DNA from: Octopus bimaculoides
Taxonomy: Eukaryota
Direction: 5' to 3'
NCBI RefSeq assembly: GCF_001194135.2
Contig: NC_068987.1
Span: 58,217,644-58,278,021, forward strand
Length of the DNA: 60,378 bases
In this document: piece after piece, positions 22,701 to 35,084 of the stretch
How the letters are laid out: the number at the start of each line of letters is the position of its first letter
Numbering within the stretch: position 1 is the stretch's first letter
Program-made: the position numbers and the translations under genes
The notes under the pieces: generated by a model
What the model saw: only the letters and a program-made list of their open reading frames with translations
Databases searched by the model: none
What the model was told of the DNA's origin: nothing

Positions 22701-25700
22701 ATCTCCCGGAAACTACACAAGAATAATTCCCCATCCCCTATTAATCACTTTAGGCTTTCATCTAGGTTTTAAATCAAGATGAAATCCAAATTTTAAGTGT
22801 TCGCTATTTATGCAACAGGGTCCAACATTTTTACCATGACGTGAAAAGTATAGACCTTAATGTCATTACAGTCACGGAAATCTTGGAACATTCTTTTAAT
22901 CTTTAATGGCATTTTAACATGGCTGGCTACTTGTTTCGCAAAGACGATTTTAATCACCATGGTGACGATGTGAGAACCTTTCCGTGCTCAAACTTTTAGG
23001 CAACTCATTACAGCGATTTGAACCTGTTGCAACAAAAGGTATTTTGCACAGTGTCTATATAAACACGTCAATACTTCTACTCGGAGTTGTTTACCATCTC
23101 CAGTACTACTATGAAGACACAAAACATTTTTGACAAGTGCTGAGTTTCATCTGGGAAAACAGCTACTTCAGTTTTCATTACTTGTGAGTTCATATACTCA
23201 GAGATTTCGTGGGAAAAACTTTCGCTGTTAACAATTTATCTCTGCTATTTACCACAGAATCTGAAACTACTCTTAGCATCGATACCGCAGTACCTTTAGA
23301 CGTTCCAATCACGCTACCATATTTGAAAATGTTCTTTATGGGTAAAAATGGAAGCCGTATCTACAGAACTGGTTGCTAGTGTCAAACAACAACTGAAAAT
23401 CTACAGGCTAGTCAGGGAACTTCTACATAAGCATTCGAAATGTTAGAAATAGCTTCCAGTTTACCCTCATACACCATGCTGTCTTAAACAGTGAAGTGCA
23501 TTGAATAATACAACTCTGGATTAGATATGTCTAAAAGAAGCAAATCGATGCGTGGAAGATGTCTCGTCATATGTTTACTGGTCCAGAGTTGACCTAAGAT
23601 AAACAACAGCATCAATGACGGTAACAGTAATGAGTTAGGATATTTCTATATAGCCAATGAATTTGCTAAAAATAGCAACCAAATATTCCTTATGTCGTTT
23701 TATACTGCTTTATGAAAATTAGGGAAAGACGTATGATAATTTTGTGCTAGATACATTCTGCCTCAAAAGTTAAAGACGAGACAGTCAGAATAGTCGGGGA
23801 GGGTATATTTTGATCTGAACATAAACAACAATAATAACAATAGCAGCAGGAATATCTAAATTGACTGAACAAATATTCGAAAGTGCTTAGGAACACATTT
23901 ATGAGATACACGATACTGCACTGAAAGGGGTAGTTTTTCGGTGTGTGAATGAAAAAATAATATTAAAGATTCCCTAAGAAACAAGATATCGAAATATCTA
24001 TATAAGTTTCTTCACACTGATTCTTATTTCACTTAGCGTTGCTACAGATCTACATTTAATCACACGTTATCGAATTCATTTCTCTTTATAGAAATATTTC
24101 AACTATGTTTGAATAATATGGTTTTTTTTTAATGTGGAAGTATGATTTCTCAGACACACAGAATTGAAATGGTGCCATACAAGTTTCCGGATAATTCAAC
24201 AATGTTTCGTAAATATTGGTCTGAATATTACAGTTGTTGTCCTAATATTATTATTATTATTATTATAGCAGGATGTTTTCGGCAATAAATACGAAAGGAA
24301 AGTGATATTTAGAAGGAAAACACACTAAAGCATATAATATAATCCGTTATTGTGTGAGATTATATTGCCAATAATAGGTCTGTAAATGGTAACAATAATA
24401 CATCAAGCTTTCTGCATAATGTTTCAATTGAATTTACGATCTCTACTGTAATGCATTACCAGAAATACCATAATAATCAATTAATCATTTATATGGAACA
24501 GATAAACGTCTATCAGGGTTAGTCTCCCCAAAGTTATACAAGGTTAGTAATAAGCAGATACAGTAGATGATCACTTTTGTCGCAGTAAATCTCTTTCAGA
24601 TAACTCGATCCTAACTCAATCGGTCGAGGAAGTGTTTCAAATTTTACTGAAAAACTACATTTTCCACGTAATGCAACAAGTGAAACCAATTATATTCTAG
24701 AAATATCTATGTTATGCTATGACATGGATAATTTTTATGCGTTTGTATTTCAGAAATATTTCGATGAGAAAACATATCTGCTATTTATTATGGAACTAAA
24801 ACATATATTTTAAAAACTAGTGTCCAGTGAACGGCTCCCATAAAATATATGCCATTGATATTTTCTCTATCCAACAAACAATTTGATGTTACCGCAATGC
24901 ATTCAGATTTTATTGGTTTGGAGTTTAGCCAATACAGCTTCTTTTGTCTGAAATAAAATTGGAGGAACCAGACAGAACAATTCAGTGAGCATGACCCCCT
25001 ACTTTACATTAAAATATAATATATGGAAATAGGAGAAGTTGCCTGTAAATGAAGAAGCAACAGTAACTTTTCTTGAAAAACAAACCAATGCGCCTACATT
25101 ATTTTAAGCATTAGTATCAATACTCGGCGTACTCAGGATTGTGGTTGGTTCATTTAGTAAAATGTGCCGGACAAAATGCCTTTGGTATTTACATAGATTC
25201 TGAATTTACATCTAGCTATGTTGTTTTCAGCCATTCTGGAATCAGTAAACGAGCGCTAGTTCATGTGCAGGTAACTATTTAGTTAGCTATACGCCGCTTC
25301 AGTTGTGGGTATATTAGGAATCAGTGCGGTATATTATATGATCAATAAGGAAATGTTTCAATAGTTTATTTTTAAAATGAACGTAGGGGGAAATGCCCCG
25401 TTTTATTGGGTGGATTTCTACCCGATGTGTGTAAGTATGATATCAATATTCATTCAAATGAACACGATAGCTAACTGTCCATCGCAACAGTGCGTTTTCC
25501 AGTAATATTATTTATGAGATCACTAGTAATTTTATTTATGAGATCTTATAAATATCACAAGATCTCCAGGGATAAAATTAGCTGTGAATAATTAGTACCA
25601 CATTGATGCATTACAAACAGTAAGATTAAAAGCGACAAATATCTTGCAGACAAATGTAAAAAGGGTGAAATGTATTAAAAGAGATAAAGTTTAAATTTAG

Positions 25701-26500
25701 TTTGGTGGATCTCCGCCGTTTTATACGATGGTGATTCCGTTGTTCGATCAACTGAATTATTTGCTTCCGAATTTACCTGAAAGTGGTTGAGTTTCCATAG
25801 ATAGATGCACTCTTAACTTAATTCTCGGGCAGAATTAGGATGACATAGTGTGTGACAAAGCTGTACCTTCTGAATTACATGCACAATCCATCCGACAAGC
25901 TTGCATATAAATCTACCCGATCTGACTTACAAAGCTTTGGTAAACTCGAAGCTATAGAAAGTAGGATTTGCCTAAGGTACACAGTTTGGTCAAAACCAGA
26001 ACTTCGTGGATATGAAGCGAACTTAAACATTTTACTTTACTTGCCAACGCAACATTGAATACTACCTACAAAGACAGAATTCTGTTGCTTTAAACGTTTA
26101 GCAAAATCTATACAATATTTTATATTTTCCTGTAAAAGTACAACATTGGCTGTAAAACCTTACCACAGATTTTAAGTCGGAGAATGACAACGATCTTTTT
26201 TATCATAGAAAAATTGCATTCTTCTACAAAGATAAATCACCATTCTTTTAAACAAAGTAAAACATTGCGGTCCAACAAGCAAGGCTAATTCCAATGAAAT
26301 ACAATCATCTTGGGATAAGATTATATTTCCAGAAATATAGTTTAAAGTAGATTAATCATAAAAAAGAAATATCTGGAATGGCAAAATAAAACCTTGGATC
26401 GCCTGACATTCTTTAAATAACTCTCTCTTCTCCTTTCCGCCTTCTCTCTCTCCATGTATATGAGTGGCATAGCATATGAGTAGCATATATATGTATACAT
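19790..26500. other. About 6.7-kb stretch with no recognisable TE and no long ORF (only a TA repeat and gap at ~21240-21350)
   Basis: None of the families seen elsewhere in the window is recognisable here. Confidence 0.55.
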
Positions 26501-26605
26501 ATATATATGCGTGTGTTTACGTACTATGTATATAAGGATAGAGAGACAAATTGATAGATACAATTAGTTATATCTGAATAAATAAAAACATCTATATGTA
26601 GGTAA

Positions 26606-26651
<46 letters not shown>

Positions 26652-26660
26652 GTGTGTGTG

Positions 26661-26697
26661 TTGTCCTTATCTTGTTTGTTGCTAACACAACGTTTCG
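26661..26697 (-). repeat. Fragment of the hammerhead-bearing repeat at 39781-40028
   Basis: ttgtccttatcttgtttgttgctaacacaacgtttcg vs ttgtcctcatcttgtttgttgttaacacaacatttcg. Confidence 0.8.
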
Positions 26698-26734
26698 TTT
26701 TCTTCTTATTATTATTATCATTATTATTATTATC

Positions 26735-26810
26735 ATTCAGGTCACTGCCTGGAATCGAACTCGGAATCTTGGGGTTAGTAGCCCGCGCTCGTAACCACTA
26801 CGCCGTGGGC
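26735..26810 (-). mobile_element. tRNA-like SINE head fragment
   Basis: cctggaatcgaactcggaatc..taaccactacgcc: reverse B-box and A-box. Confidence 0.65.
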
Positions 26811-26829
26811 AATTATGGAGTGAATTTAG

Positions 26830-27782
26830 GGCTTATAAATCTAATGTTTTCCTATTCTTCCTAAATACTGGTTCCCATATGCTACTCATATCTGCACTCG
26901 GTCTGCTTAGGAGACTCTATTGAGTCCTTGCATATGTGCTGCTTCTTTTAGTTTTCGCATTTTCCAGTGGTGTTTTCTGTTTATGATTTTAACTTCATCC
27001 CACAGGGGGGAAGTGGTCTCCATTTTTCCATATATGATCAGCTATACACGATTTATCAATATCTCCTTGTGTCACAGCTTTGCAATGTTTGCCTACCCTT
27101 ATCTTGAGGGGGCGACATGTTTCGCCTTTGCATAACCTACCACAGCTGCATGGGATGGAGTATACGCAGTCTTTGGTCATATTCTCTTCTATTGGTGATT
27201 TTACACGAAGGAGATATTTGCGAAGTGTTGTATTACTCCTGAATACTGTCCTGATGTCATATGGGCCGCATATCTTTTGTATCTTTTCGGAGACGCCTTT
27301 CACATGGGGTAGACAGACTGTAGACAGTTTATTGGTTTCATCCTCTCTTTTCTTCATAATTGGAGTGGATAGTATGTTTTGGGGGTAGTTTTTGCTTAAT
27401 AGATTGTTATTGAGCTTGATCGTTTCTTCGTGGTGTGTCTCACGATCGCTACTTATATTCTTTGCTCGGTGTTTTATACTGTATGCATGGTGGGAACTGA
27501 AGTTGAGGTATCGTCCAGTGAAGGTAAACTTCAATTCCCACCATCCATACAGTGTAAAGAGAGGGATTGCTTAATGCCTAAAACATCAAGCAAAGAATAT
27601 AAGTAACGATCGTGAGACACATCACGAAGAAATGATCAAGCTCAATAACAATCTATTAAGCAACAACTACCCCAAAAACATCCTCTCCACTCCAATTATG
27701 AAAAGAGAGGATGAAACCAATAAACTGTCCACAATCTGTCTACCCTATGTGAAAGGCCTCTCCCAAAAGATACAAAAGATAT
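26830..27782 (-). mobile_element. Penelope-like element fragment (RT C-terminus plus GIY-YIG) with head-to-head inverted duplication
   Basis: ORF 26995-27534(-): TGRYLNFSSHH..LLSKNYP..CLPHVKGVSEKIQKI..VYSIPCSCGRLCKGETCRPLKIRVGKH..SCIADHIW. 27530-27782(+) is the inverted copy of 27270-27510. Confidence 0.9.
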
Positions 27783-27801
27783 ATATTGATACATACATAC
27801 A

Positions 27802-27833
<32 letters not shown>

Positions 27834-28327
27834 CATATACATGTGTATATAATGTATGTGTATATGTATGCATATTTATGTATATTTGTATGTGTATANN
27901 NNNNNNNNNNNNNNNNNNNNNNNNNNNNNNNNNNNNNNNNNNNNNNNNNNNNNNNNNNNNNNNNNNNNNNNNNNNNNNNNNNNNNNNNNNNNNNNNNNNN
28001 NNNNNNNNNNNNNNNNNNNNNNNNNNNNNNNNNNNNNNNNNNNNNNNNNNNNNNNNNNNNNNNNNNNNNNNNNNNNNNNNNNNNNNNNNNNNNNNNNNNN
28101 NNNNNNNNNNNNNNNNNNNNNNNNNNNNNNNNNNNNNNNNNNNNNNNNNNNNNNNNNNNNNNNNNNNNNNNNNNNNNNNNNNNNNNNNNNNNNNNNNNNN
28201 NNNNNNNNNNNNNNNNNNNNNNNNNNNNNNNNNNNNNNNNNNNNNNNNNNNNNNNNNNNNNNNNNNNNNNNNNNNNNNNNNNNNNNNNNNNNNNNNNNNN
28301 NNNNNNNNNNNNNNNNNNNNNNNNATA

Positions 28328-28372
<45 letters not shown>

Positions 28373-29081
28373 TTCAGAACTAACATTTCTTTGCACCTTA
28401 TTTTTTCACATCTGACACTATCTACTGCGCCTTCACAAAGGAAAAGAGAGAGAGAGATAGACAGACAGACAGACAGAAAAAAGGAAAATGTCCTATCAAT
28501 TTGAAGACTATGGAGATATTTGCAAAACATTTCATTGAATTTTTGTTCGATTTAATTGTTTTTCCTGTTTTACTCTTAGTTGAATAAGTCGAATAGACTG
28601 AAACCGGTACAAAATGTATTTCATGATAAACTATTTTAGCATTTTCTACCTTGTCTTATTTTCCTTATTTGTGTGTGTTGTGTGGTATATTGATCATGCC
28701 ATATAGCCAAAGTTCTGGATGAACACAACATAATACAGAACACTACTAACCTTACCAATAATGCCACTAACACCCATACATTCCTTATACCATTCATATT
28801 ACAGTATTATATCGACACTAATTGCACCGCGTCCAGAACTACTAACCTCCTTTACACAATATTTTTACACAATATTTTTACCGTTTGATAATCGTGCGCA
28901 TGCAAATCCAGTGAACAACAATGACAATACCTGTTTGATTTTGAATCTCTTTAACAATTCAAAATAATGAATTTAATTCCTCTTAATTCTACCTCAGTTC
29001 ATCTATTTGTATTTCATAAAAAGCCTTTGTTTTTTTTATATTCAATATGCATTTTCGCTTTTTTTTCTTCTTACTTTCTCC

Positions 29082-29119
<38 letters not shown>

Positions 29120-29121
<2 letters not shown>

Positions 29122-30520
29122 GCGTTAAACGAGACAGCGAATATTAAGGCAAGAAAAACATCTCAAGTTTCCAATATTATTATAGGAAAAATGAGAATAG
29201 TATATATTAACACAATGACGACAGAGAGGAACGGAGTAAAAGAATAAGGAGATGTAAAGAAAGAAGGAAAAAGGAGCATAAAAGTTCACAGTTTGACTTT
29301 CCGAAGTTATAGAAACCAGCGCATGCGTTCGTAGGTGCAATCCTGCATAGATCCATGAGCGTAAGTCCTTAGGTGCAATCCTGCATATATCCATGTGGGT
29401 TAAAATACTGATATAGTAGACATCCAAAGAAAAAAGTCGCGAACAGATCCACGTTCAATAACAGAATGGTAGCGGAAGTGGCAATTAAGTGTTAAAAGTA
29501 AAGAAAAGAAATAGAAAGAGAGGTAGATAGAGTGAGGAGGGGGGATTTTAAGGATTGCCTATAGGATAAAGTAAGATGCATAAGTGTATGGTGTCAAAGA
29601 ATTGTGTACGGGGTAGCCGAAAAGAGAAGAGAGAGAATGAGGAAGGGGAAGAAGATAGGGAGAAAAGCAAAGCAAAATTAAAGAAATTTAGAGAGAGAGT
29701 AGTGGATGTCTGGTAATCTTAAAGTTTTAAGTTGTCGGGGAGGAAATTTAGTAGTAACTGCTTGTGTCCATTCTGGCTAAGGTCAGTGGCTGTAGAGTTA
29801 ATTTTATCAATAGGGTTATAGGTATGTTGGTAGTTGAGAATGTTAGATTATTTATGAGTGGGATTTATTGGGTTAAGGTTTAAAAATAAATTAAGGATAA
29901 ATTAAAGAATTACTATTTATCTCATAGTGTGATGCGGTAAGTAGATATCGGAGAGGTAACACATAAGGTAGAAATAAGAGTTATAGAGATATAGAATGGG
30001 TATGAGTTAATGGTCATAGGAGTTTGTATGTGGGTGCTATTCGTAGGGGTGAGCTTACATTTAGATTTATGAAAGAATTTAAAAGTGCGGAAGAATTTGT
30101 GCTTACACTAGCGAAGGCTTCGTTGTATTTATTAACCAATTGTGGTGAGTTGTGGATTAGAGAACTTCTTTTGGGGAACTTCTTTTAAGCAAAGTTCACA
30201 GGAGTGTTGTCCCTGATATGGGACACCCAAGTCTATTATAGCCTAAGAAAGTTTATACTGTATTCTTCTATTAATTAGCTGATGTACGTGGTTGGCTAGT
30301 GATGTGAAATTGCTATTCTCCTTGTATTTAAACGAGTTCAAATGTGCATAATACCTTTGTTTAAAAATGGTGCTAGACCCATTATAGTAGCTGCCGGAGT
30401 TATTTACCATGTCGTGAATGGTGCATCGGTACACGACATTGAATCTTCTGCATTGGGCTTGCAACGGGCAATCTGTCCTGGATCTGCAGTTGTAGTTATC
30501 GGTTCTATGAGGGTTAATTG
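29120..30520 (-). mobile_element. Penelope-like element: GIY-YIG domain and 3' non-coding region
   Basis: NYNCRSRTDCPLQAQCRRFNVVYRC..SYYNGSSTIFKQRYYAHLNSFKYKENSNFTSLANHVHQL at ~30240-30510; the left boundary is inferred. Confidence 0.75.
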
Positions 30521-30664
30521 GAGAGAGAGAGAGAGAGATGAGGTAGTGCTGGTGGTACTAGGTGAATCGATCGTGATATTGCTGTTACTATTGCTGTCGT
30601 TTCTAGTATCGATATCAAAGCGAGCGTTACCATTATTATCATTATCATTATCGGCGTCGCTGTT

Positions 30665-30678
30665 GTAATTATTATCAT

Positions 30679-30739
<61 letters not shown>

Positions 30740-30770
30740 TGCAGCAGCAGCGGCAGTAGTAGTATCATTA
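30665..30770. repeat. (TAG)n microsatellite
   Basis: Directly visible. Confidence 0.95.
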
Positions 30771-30956
30771 GTAATAGTGTTAGTATTAGAGGTTTAGTAG
30801 AGTTATAGGTTGGAATAACCGTCTAAGGGATAAAAGTATTCATTATACTACCGGTATAATTACCTATGTTAACCCTGGACATATATATGCAAGCATATTA
30901 TGCTCATAGATTACAGGTAATGACAAAGATGAGTTTAACCGGAATGAAATTTAAAG

Positions 30957-31715
30957 TAAACAGAAAATGGAGAAATATTGATCAACAACAATTGACTTAG
31001 ATCAATTATTATTTTTTAATTCAATACAAATAGACTGCATCCCATCTAACAGCTGTTTCTGTATCCAATGTTAAATGATATTGTCACTGATAAGCTAAAA
31101 ATAATATTCATCATATTTGGTAATAAAACCGATCTGAAACATGGAGCTTCGTCAGAGTGAAAAAAAATACTATTGGGCACTTTATTATGATAAAAAGCTA
31201 TTAATTAGCACTATAACCATACTTATTAAAAACTATAATGACTACTTCAAAACTATATGGTACCTTCACTCTCCTTCTTTGACAAAACCTATTGGAGCAT
31301 CCCATTATTGTAATTTTTTATTTTTACTTTTTCATTATTTATCCCCCTATTACACCCATAGAAAAATTAACCCACCAATTAATATTTTTAGTCTCGTCAT
31401 TTACTCAAAGTCCCAAAGAGACACATAAGCAAAATGTTATGATTTAAAAATATTCAGCCTTTCCTTTTCCTCTCTAGGCTCTTTTGTTTTCTTTTATGCA
31501 TGAATTTTTCTTCACTCGGATGAAGCTCCATGTTCCAGATCGGTTTTATTACCAATTATGATGAATATTATTTTTAGCTTATCAGTGACAATATCATTTA
31601 ACATTGGAAGCAGAAACAACTGTTAGATGGGATGCAGTCTATTTGTATTGAATTAAAAAATAATAATTGATGTAATTCAATTGTTATTGATTAATATTTC
31701 TCCCTTTTCTGTTTA
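30957..31715. mobile_element. Fold-back/MITE-like element: ~212-bp inverted arms around a ~335-bp spacer
   Basis: Left 30957-31168 (taaacagaaaatggagaaat..catggagcttcgtcagagtgaaaa) is the reverse complement of 31504-31715, roughly 90% by eye. Confidence 0.85.
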
Positions 31716-31716
31716 T

Positions 31717-31770
<54 letters not shown>

Positions 31771-32216
31771 TATGTTTGTATGTATGTATGTATGTATATA
31801 CACATATAAATTTGACACGGGCGATTCTTTCTTGTATATTTTCTTGTCTTGGGATTCACGGTCAAACGGCTGGATGGTATTGCGCGAAAAATTACACAGA
31901 TGTGTAGAATGATCCGGTGGTGTTACTGGGCTTTGTATTTTTTCATAGCTCCCATGGTTACTGAGATAATCTACAATAATAATACTCTTTTGTTTATGAA
32001 TGAGAAAGGAAGTGGTGATAGAAGAATAAGGAAGGAAGAGGTGATGTCATATTTGGTAGTGGGATGATGAAAATTGTACGCTGATAAAAATTAATCAAAC
32101 AGCGTTTTAACTCTGTGTGAATATATGTATGTATGTAAAAGGGGGTATGTGAATGTGTGTGTGTGTGCGTGCGTGTGTGTGTTTGTGTGTGTGTGTGTGT
32201 GCGTGTGCACACGCAA

Positions 32217-32600
32217 TGGAAGTGGGATGGTTAACATTCATCACCGAAAAGAAAAATCAAACAGCGTTTCAACTCTGTGTATTTGGTATTTACTTACCAG
32301 CTCTTGTATTTAGTCACAGCCAACTTTATGTGGCCTTAAGTCGGACAAGAAGGAAGGAAAACTTTAAAATTCTTTTGAAGGAAACAAGCAGTCAAAGGAT
32401 GTTAGTTGCAGATAGATTTTTCACCAAAAAATTAGTAATAAAAGAATTATTAAACCAAAATCTTGGTTTTGTAACTTATTTATATATAAAATACTACAAT
32501 TAACCCTAACCCACAATCCTGCAATAAAATAACAGAGAAGTAAAAGCCATAGCCGTGGATGCAAATTTTAATATATTAATTGCAGACCAGAGGTTTTAGT
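32217..32600 (+). mobile_element. Helitron RepHel (PIF1-like helicase) C-terminal fragment with probable 3' end
   Basis: GIYLPALVFSHSQLYVALSRTRRKENFKILL..TKKLVIKELL corresponds to the PIF1/Helitron motif FSHGQLYVALSR..TxNxVYKEVL; ORF stops at 32503. Confidence 0.8.
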
Positions 32601-33289
32601 AAATCATAAAGCATATATCATGATCAAAGGCCATACGGAAAACTGTGCACCTAGCCTTAAGCGTAGATTAATAAACCTAGCAAAATTTGAGATCGGATTA
32701 AGAAGAAAGTTTTAAAAGGAAGGTTAATAACATCGTGAGGAAAGTCTATAATATCAATCGAATAAACAAATTTAATACAATCCTTACTTGCTTGGTTTGA
32801 TGATATATATGATAACCATCTTACCAAATTTACCCAACTTGATATAATATAGTTTTATCTTTCGCTCTCTAAAATGTTATTATGCAAAGCACTAGATCTT
32901 GCTAAATATGTAACACCATAAGTGAGAGAGAAATTATAATGCAAGCTAGAATGGTTCTGATTTTCCTTGAAAATCCACCTTGGTTAAAAGGTCTGACCTG
33001 GACAGTTCCTTCAATGTAAACAGACGTACATCTTTGTAAAAGTATACATCTTGAATGTGTTGAAGAAGAAGTCTACCTCTACAGACTTTAACCATTTCGC
33101 AGATGATGAAGGAGCTGATTCTAAAAATGCCAAAGAGTTTACACTAGATACACAAATAAAAGATAATCTAAATTTCTGTACTTCATCTCAAATTCACAAT
33201 AGGGAATTTATAATCAATTTACTTGGCGTCATCCAAGATTTAATTACTAATTCATAGTAGCCATTTCGATAATAGAAAATGGAAAGCTC

Positions 33290-33860
33290 GCTATTGTTAA
33301 ATAGGTTCATACCACCCACCTACAGTACACAAATATCTTACCAACAATCTAAGTAGAATCATTTCAAATTGTTACTCTGGTAAACGTTTGACAACTCAGT
33401 CTCTCACGGTTAAATCTATTATGTTTGAATCCTCTTGCTTAAAAATGCATTGGATCAAATATAGTAAGTACATTCTCAATTCTATCACCTCCCAAACAAA
33501 GAAAAATCTTCGAAAACTTTTGTTTTTACTCCTTACACACTTAAGTTAACTCCAACACAGCAAAAACTCATTCAAAATTGAATTGGTAGCAGCCACAGAT
33601 ATACAAATCTCTTCAACACCAAAGTAACACCAAAGTAAGTTTAGTTGTCTATATAAATAATATTATAACCTATGAACCTGCATGCCGACTAAAGTTGATT
33701 GTTCATTAAGAGACAGCTGTACATATCTCCTGAATGGATTCTATAATTCAGAATTTATAGTAAGCAAAGCAGAAATTAACCAAAAGTTTCGAACCTTGCT
33801 ACCACTCCAAAACCTATATTGGAATGACCAAAAGATAATAATGCTGATAACCTCAGAACT
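33290..33860 (+). mobile_element. Highly degenerate Penelope-like fragment (RT thumb to GIY-YIG)
   Basis: SYHPPTVHKYLTNNLSRIISNC; CMPTKVDCSLRDSC; KTYIGMTK in different frames. Confidence 0.65.
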
Positions 33861-33884
33861 ATTTACAATGTATAAATATCATTT

Positions 33885-34174
33885 TCTACTCTAGGTGCAA
33901 GGCCCGATTTCTGGGGAAGGGAGCCAGTCGATTAGATCGACCCTAGTATGCAAGTGGTACTTAATTTATCGACCCCGAAAGGATGAAAGGCAAAATCAAC
34001 CTCGGCGGAATATGAACACAGAACGTAAAGACAGACGAAATACCCCTAAGCATTTCGCCCGGCGTGCTAACGTTTCTTATTTCTTTATTGCCCACAAGGG
34101 GTTAAACATAGAGGGGACAAACAAGAACAGACAAACGGATTAAGTCGATTACATCGACCCCAGTACGTAACTGC
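33885..34174 (-). mobile_element. SINE family A, young head-truncated copy, followed by a variant 3' end cut by gap
   Basis: Near-consensus core gaccccgaaaggatgaaaggcaaaatcaacctcggcgg; second tail from ~34078. Confidence 0.85.
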
Positions 34175-34202
34175 NNNNNNNNNNATATATATACATACAT
34201 GA

Positions 34203-34565
34203 TGGCGCGTGGCTCAGTGGTTAGAGTGTCAAGCTTACTATCGTGACGTTGTGAGTTCGATTCCGGACCGGGCTGCGTGTTGTGTTCTTGAGCAAGACAC
34301 TTTATTTCACTTTGTTCCAATTCACTCAGCTGTAGAAATGAGTTGTGACGTCACTGGTACCAATCTATATCGGCCTTTGCCTTTCCCTTGGATAGCATTG
34401 GTGGCGTGGAGAGGGGAGGCTGGCATACATGGGAAACTGCTGGTCTTCCATAAAAACAACCCTAGGTTGTGCGTTCGCCGGTGAGGCGTCTTTCCGCTCA
34501 GACTTGTATCCCAGAGGGGAACCTCTTAGATGCATCCATGGTCATTCGTGACCGACGAAGTCGAG
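34203..34565 (+). mobile_element. tRNA-CORE SINE family D
   Basis: A-box GGCTCAGTGGTTAGAG, B-box GAGTTCGATTCC, CORE-like TGTGTTCTTGAGCAAGACACTT, distinct 3' tail. Confidence 0.85.
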
Positions 34566-34684
34566 TTTAATACACCCCCCCCCACACACACACACATACA
34601 TACATACATACACACATTTCTGTATTCGTTTTGCAAGATTCCTGGTGTGAAATCGTGTGTTGACACTTTGCTATATTTCAGGAT

Positions 34685-35084
34685 TCTTTTATTCTTTTAT
34701 TTTTTTACTTGTTTCAGTCGTTTGAGTGCGGCCATGCTGGAGCACCACCCTAAGGGGTTGTAGTCGAATAAATCGATCCCAGGACTTATTCTTTGAAAGC
34801 CTAGTATTTATTCTATCAGTCTCTTTTGTTGAACCGCTAATTTACAGGGACGTAAACACACCAACATCGATTGTCAAACGATGGTGGTGGGAATAAACAG
34901 ACACAAACATACAAGTATATACGACGAGCTTCTTTCAGTTTCCATCCACCAAATCCACTCACAAGGCTTTGCTAGGCCCGAAGCTATAGTAGAAGACACT
35001 TGCCGAATGTGCAACGCAGTGGGTCTGAACCCAGAATCATGTGGTTGGGAAGCAATCTTCTTATCACACAACCACGCATGCACC
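34685..35084 (-). mobile_element. CORE-SINE family B, full-length diverged copy
   Basis: Reverse-complement match to 19119-19521. Confidence 0.9.

Noticed and set aside
25931-25975. Minus-strand micro-exon candidate ending at GTAAGT
   Set aside because: Weak exonic donor context (TTT|GT), two open frames, no recognisable peptide and no partner exons
29332-29400. 38-bp-period direct repeat (and other short spaced repeats) as CRISPR-like
   Set aside because: Only two units, no spacers, no cas genes, eukaryotic context; a local tandem duplication
29420-29470. Possible degenerate hammerhead on the minus strand in the Penelope 3' region
   Set aside because: Stem II-like GAAC/GTTC is present but both core segments are too mutated to support the call
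32153-32503. Host PIF1 helicase gene
   Set aside because: Only the last motif is present, the frame begins in (TG)n, and the C-terminus is Helitron-like, so it is a TE relic
34203-34275. tRNA-like sequences (also 59108, 3800-3870, 58460-58538, 26735)
   Set aside because: They have A/B boxes but no complete cloverleaf and run directly into SINE bodies, so they are SINE heads
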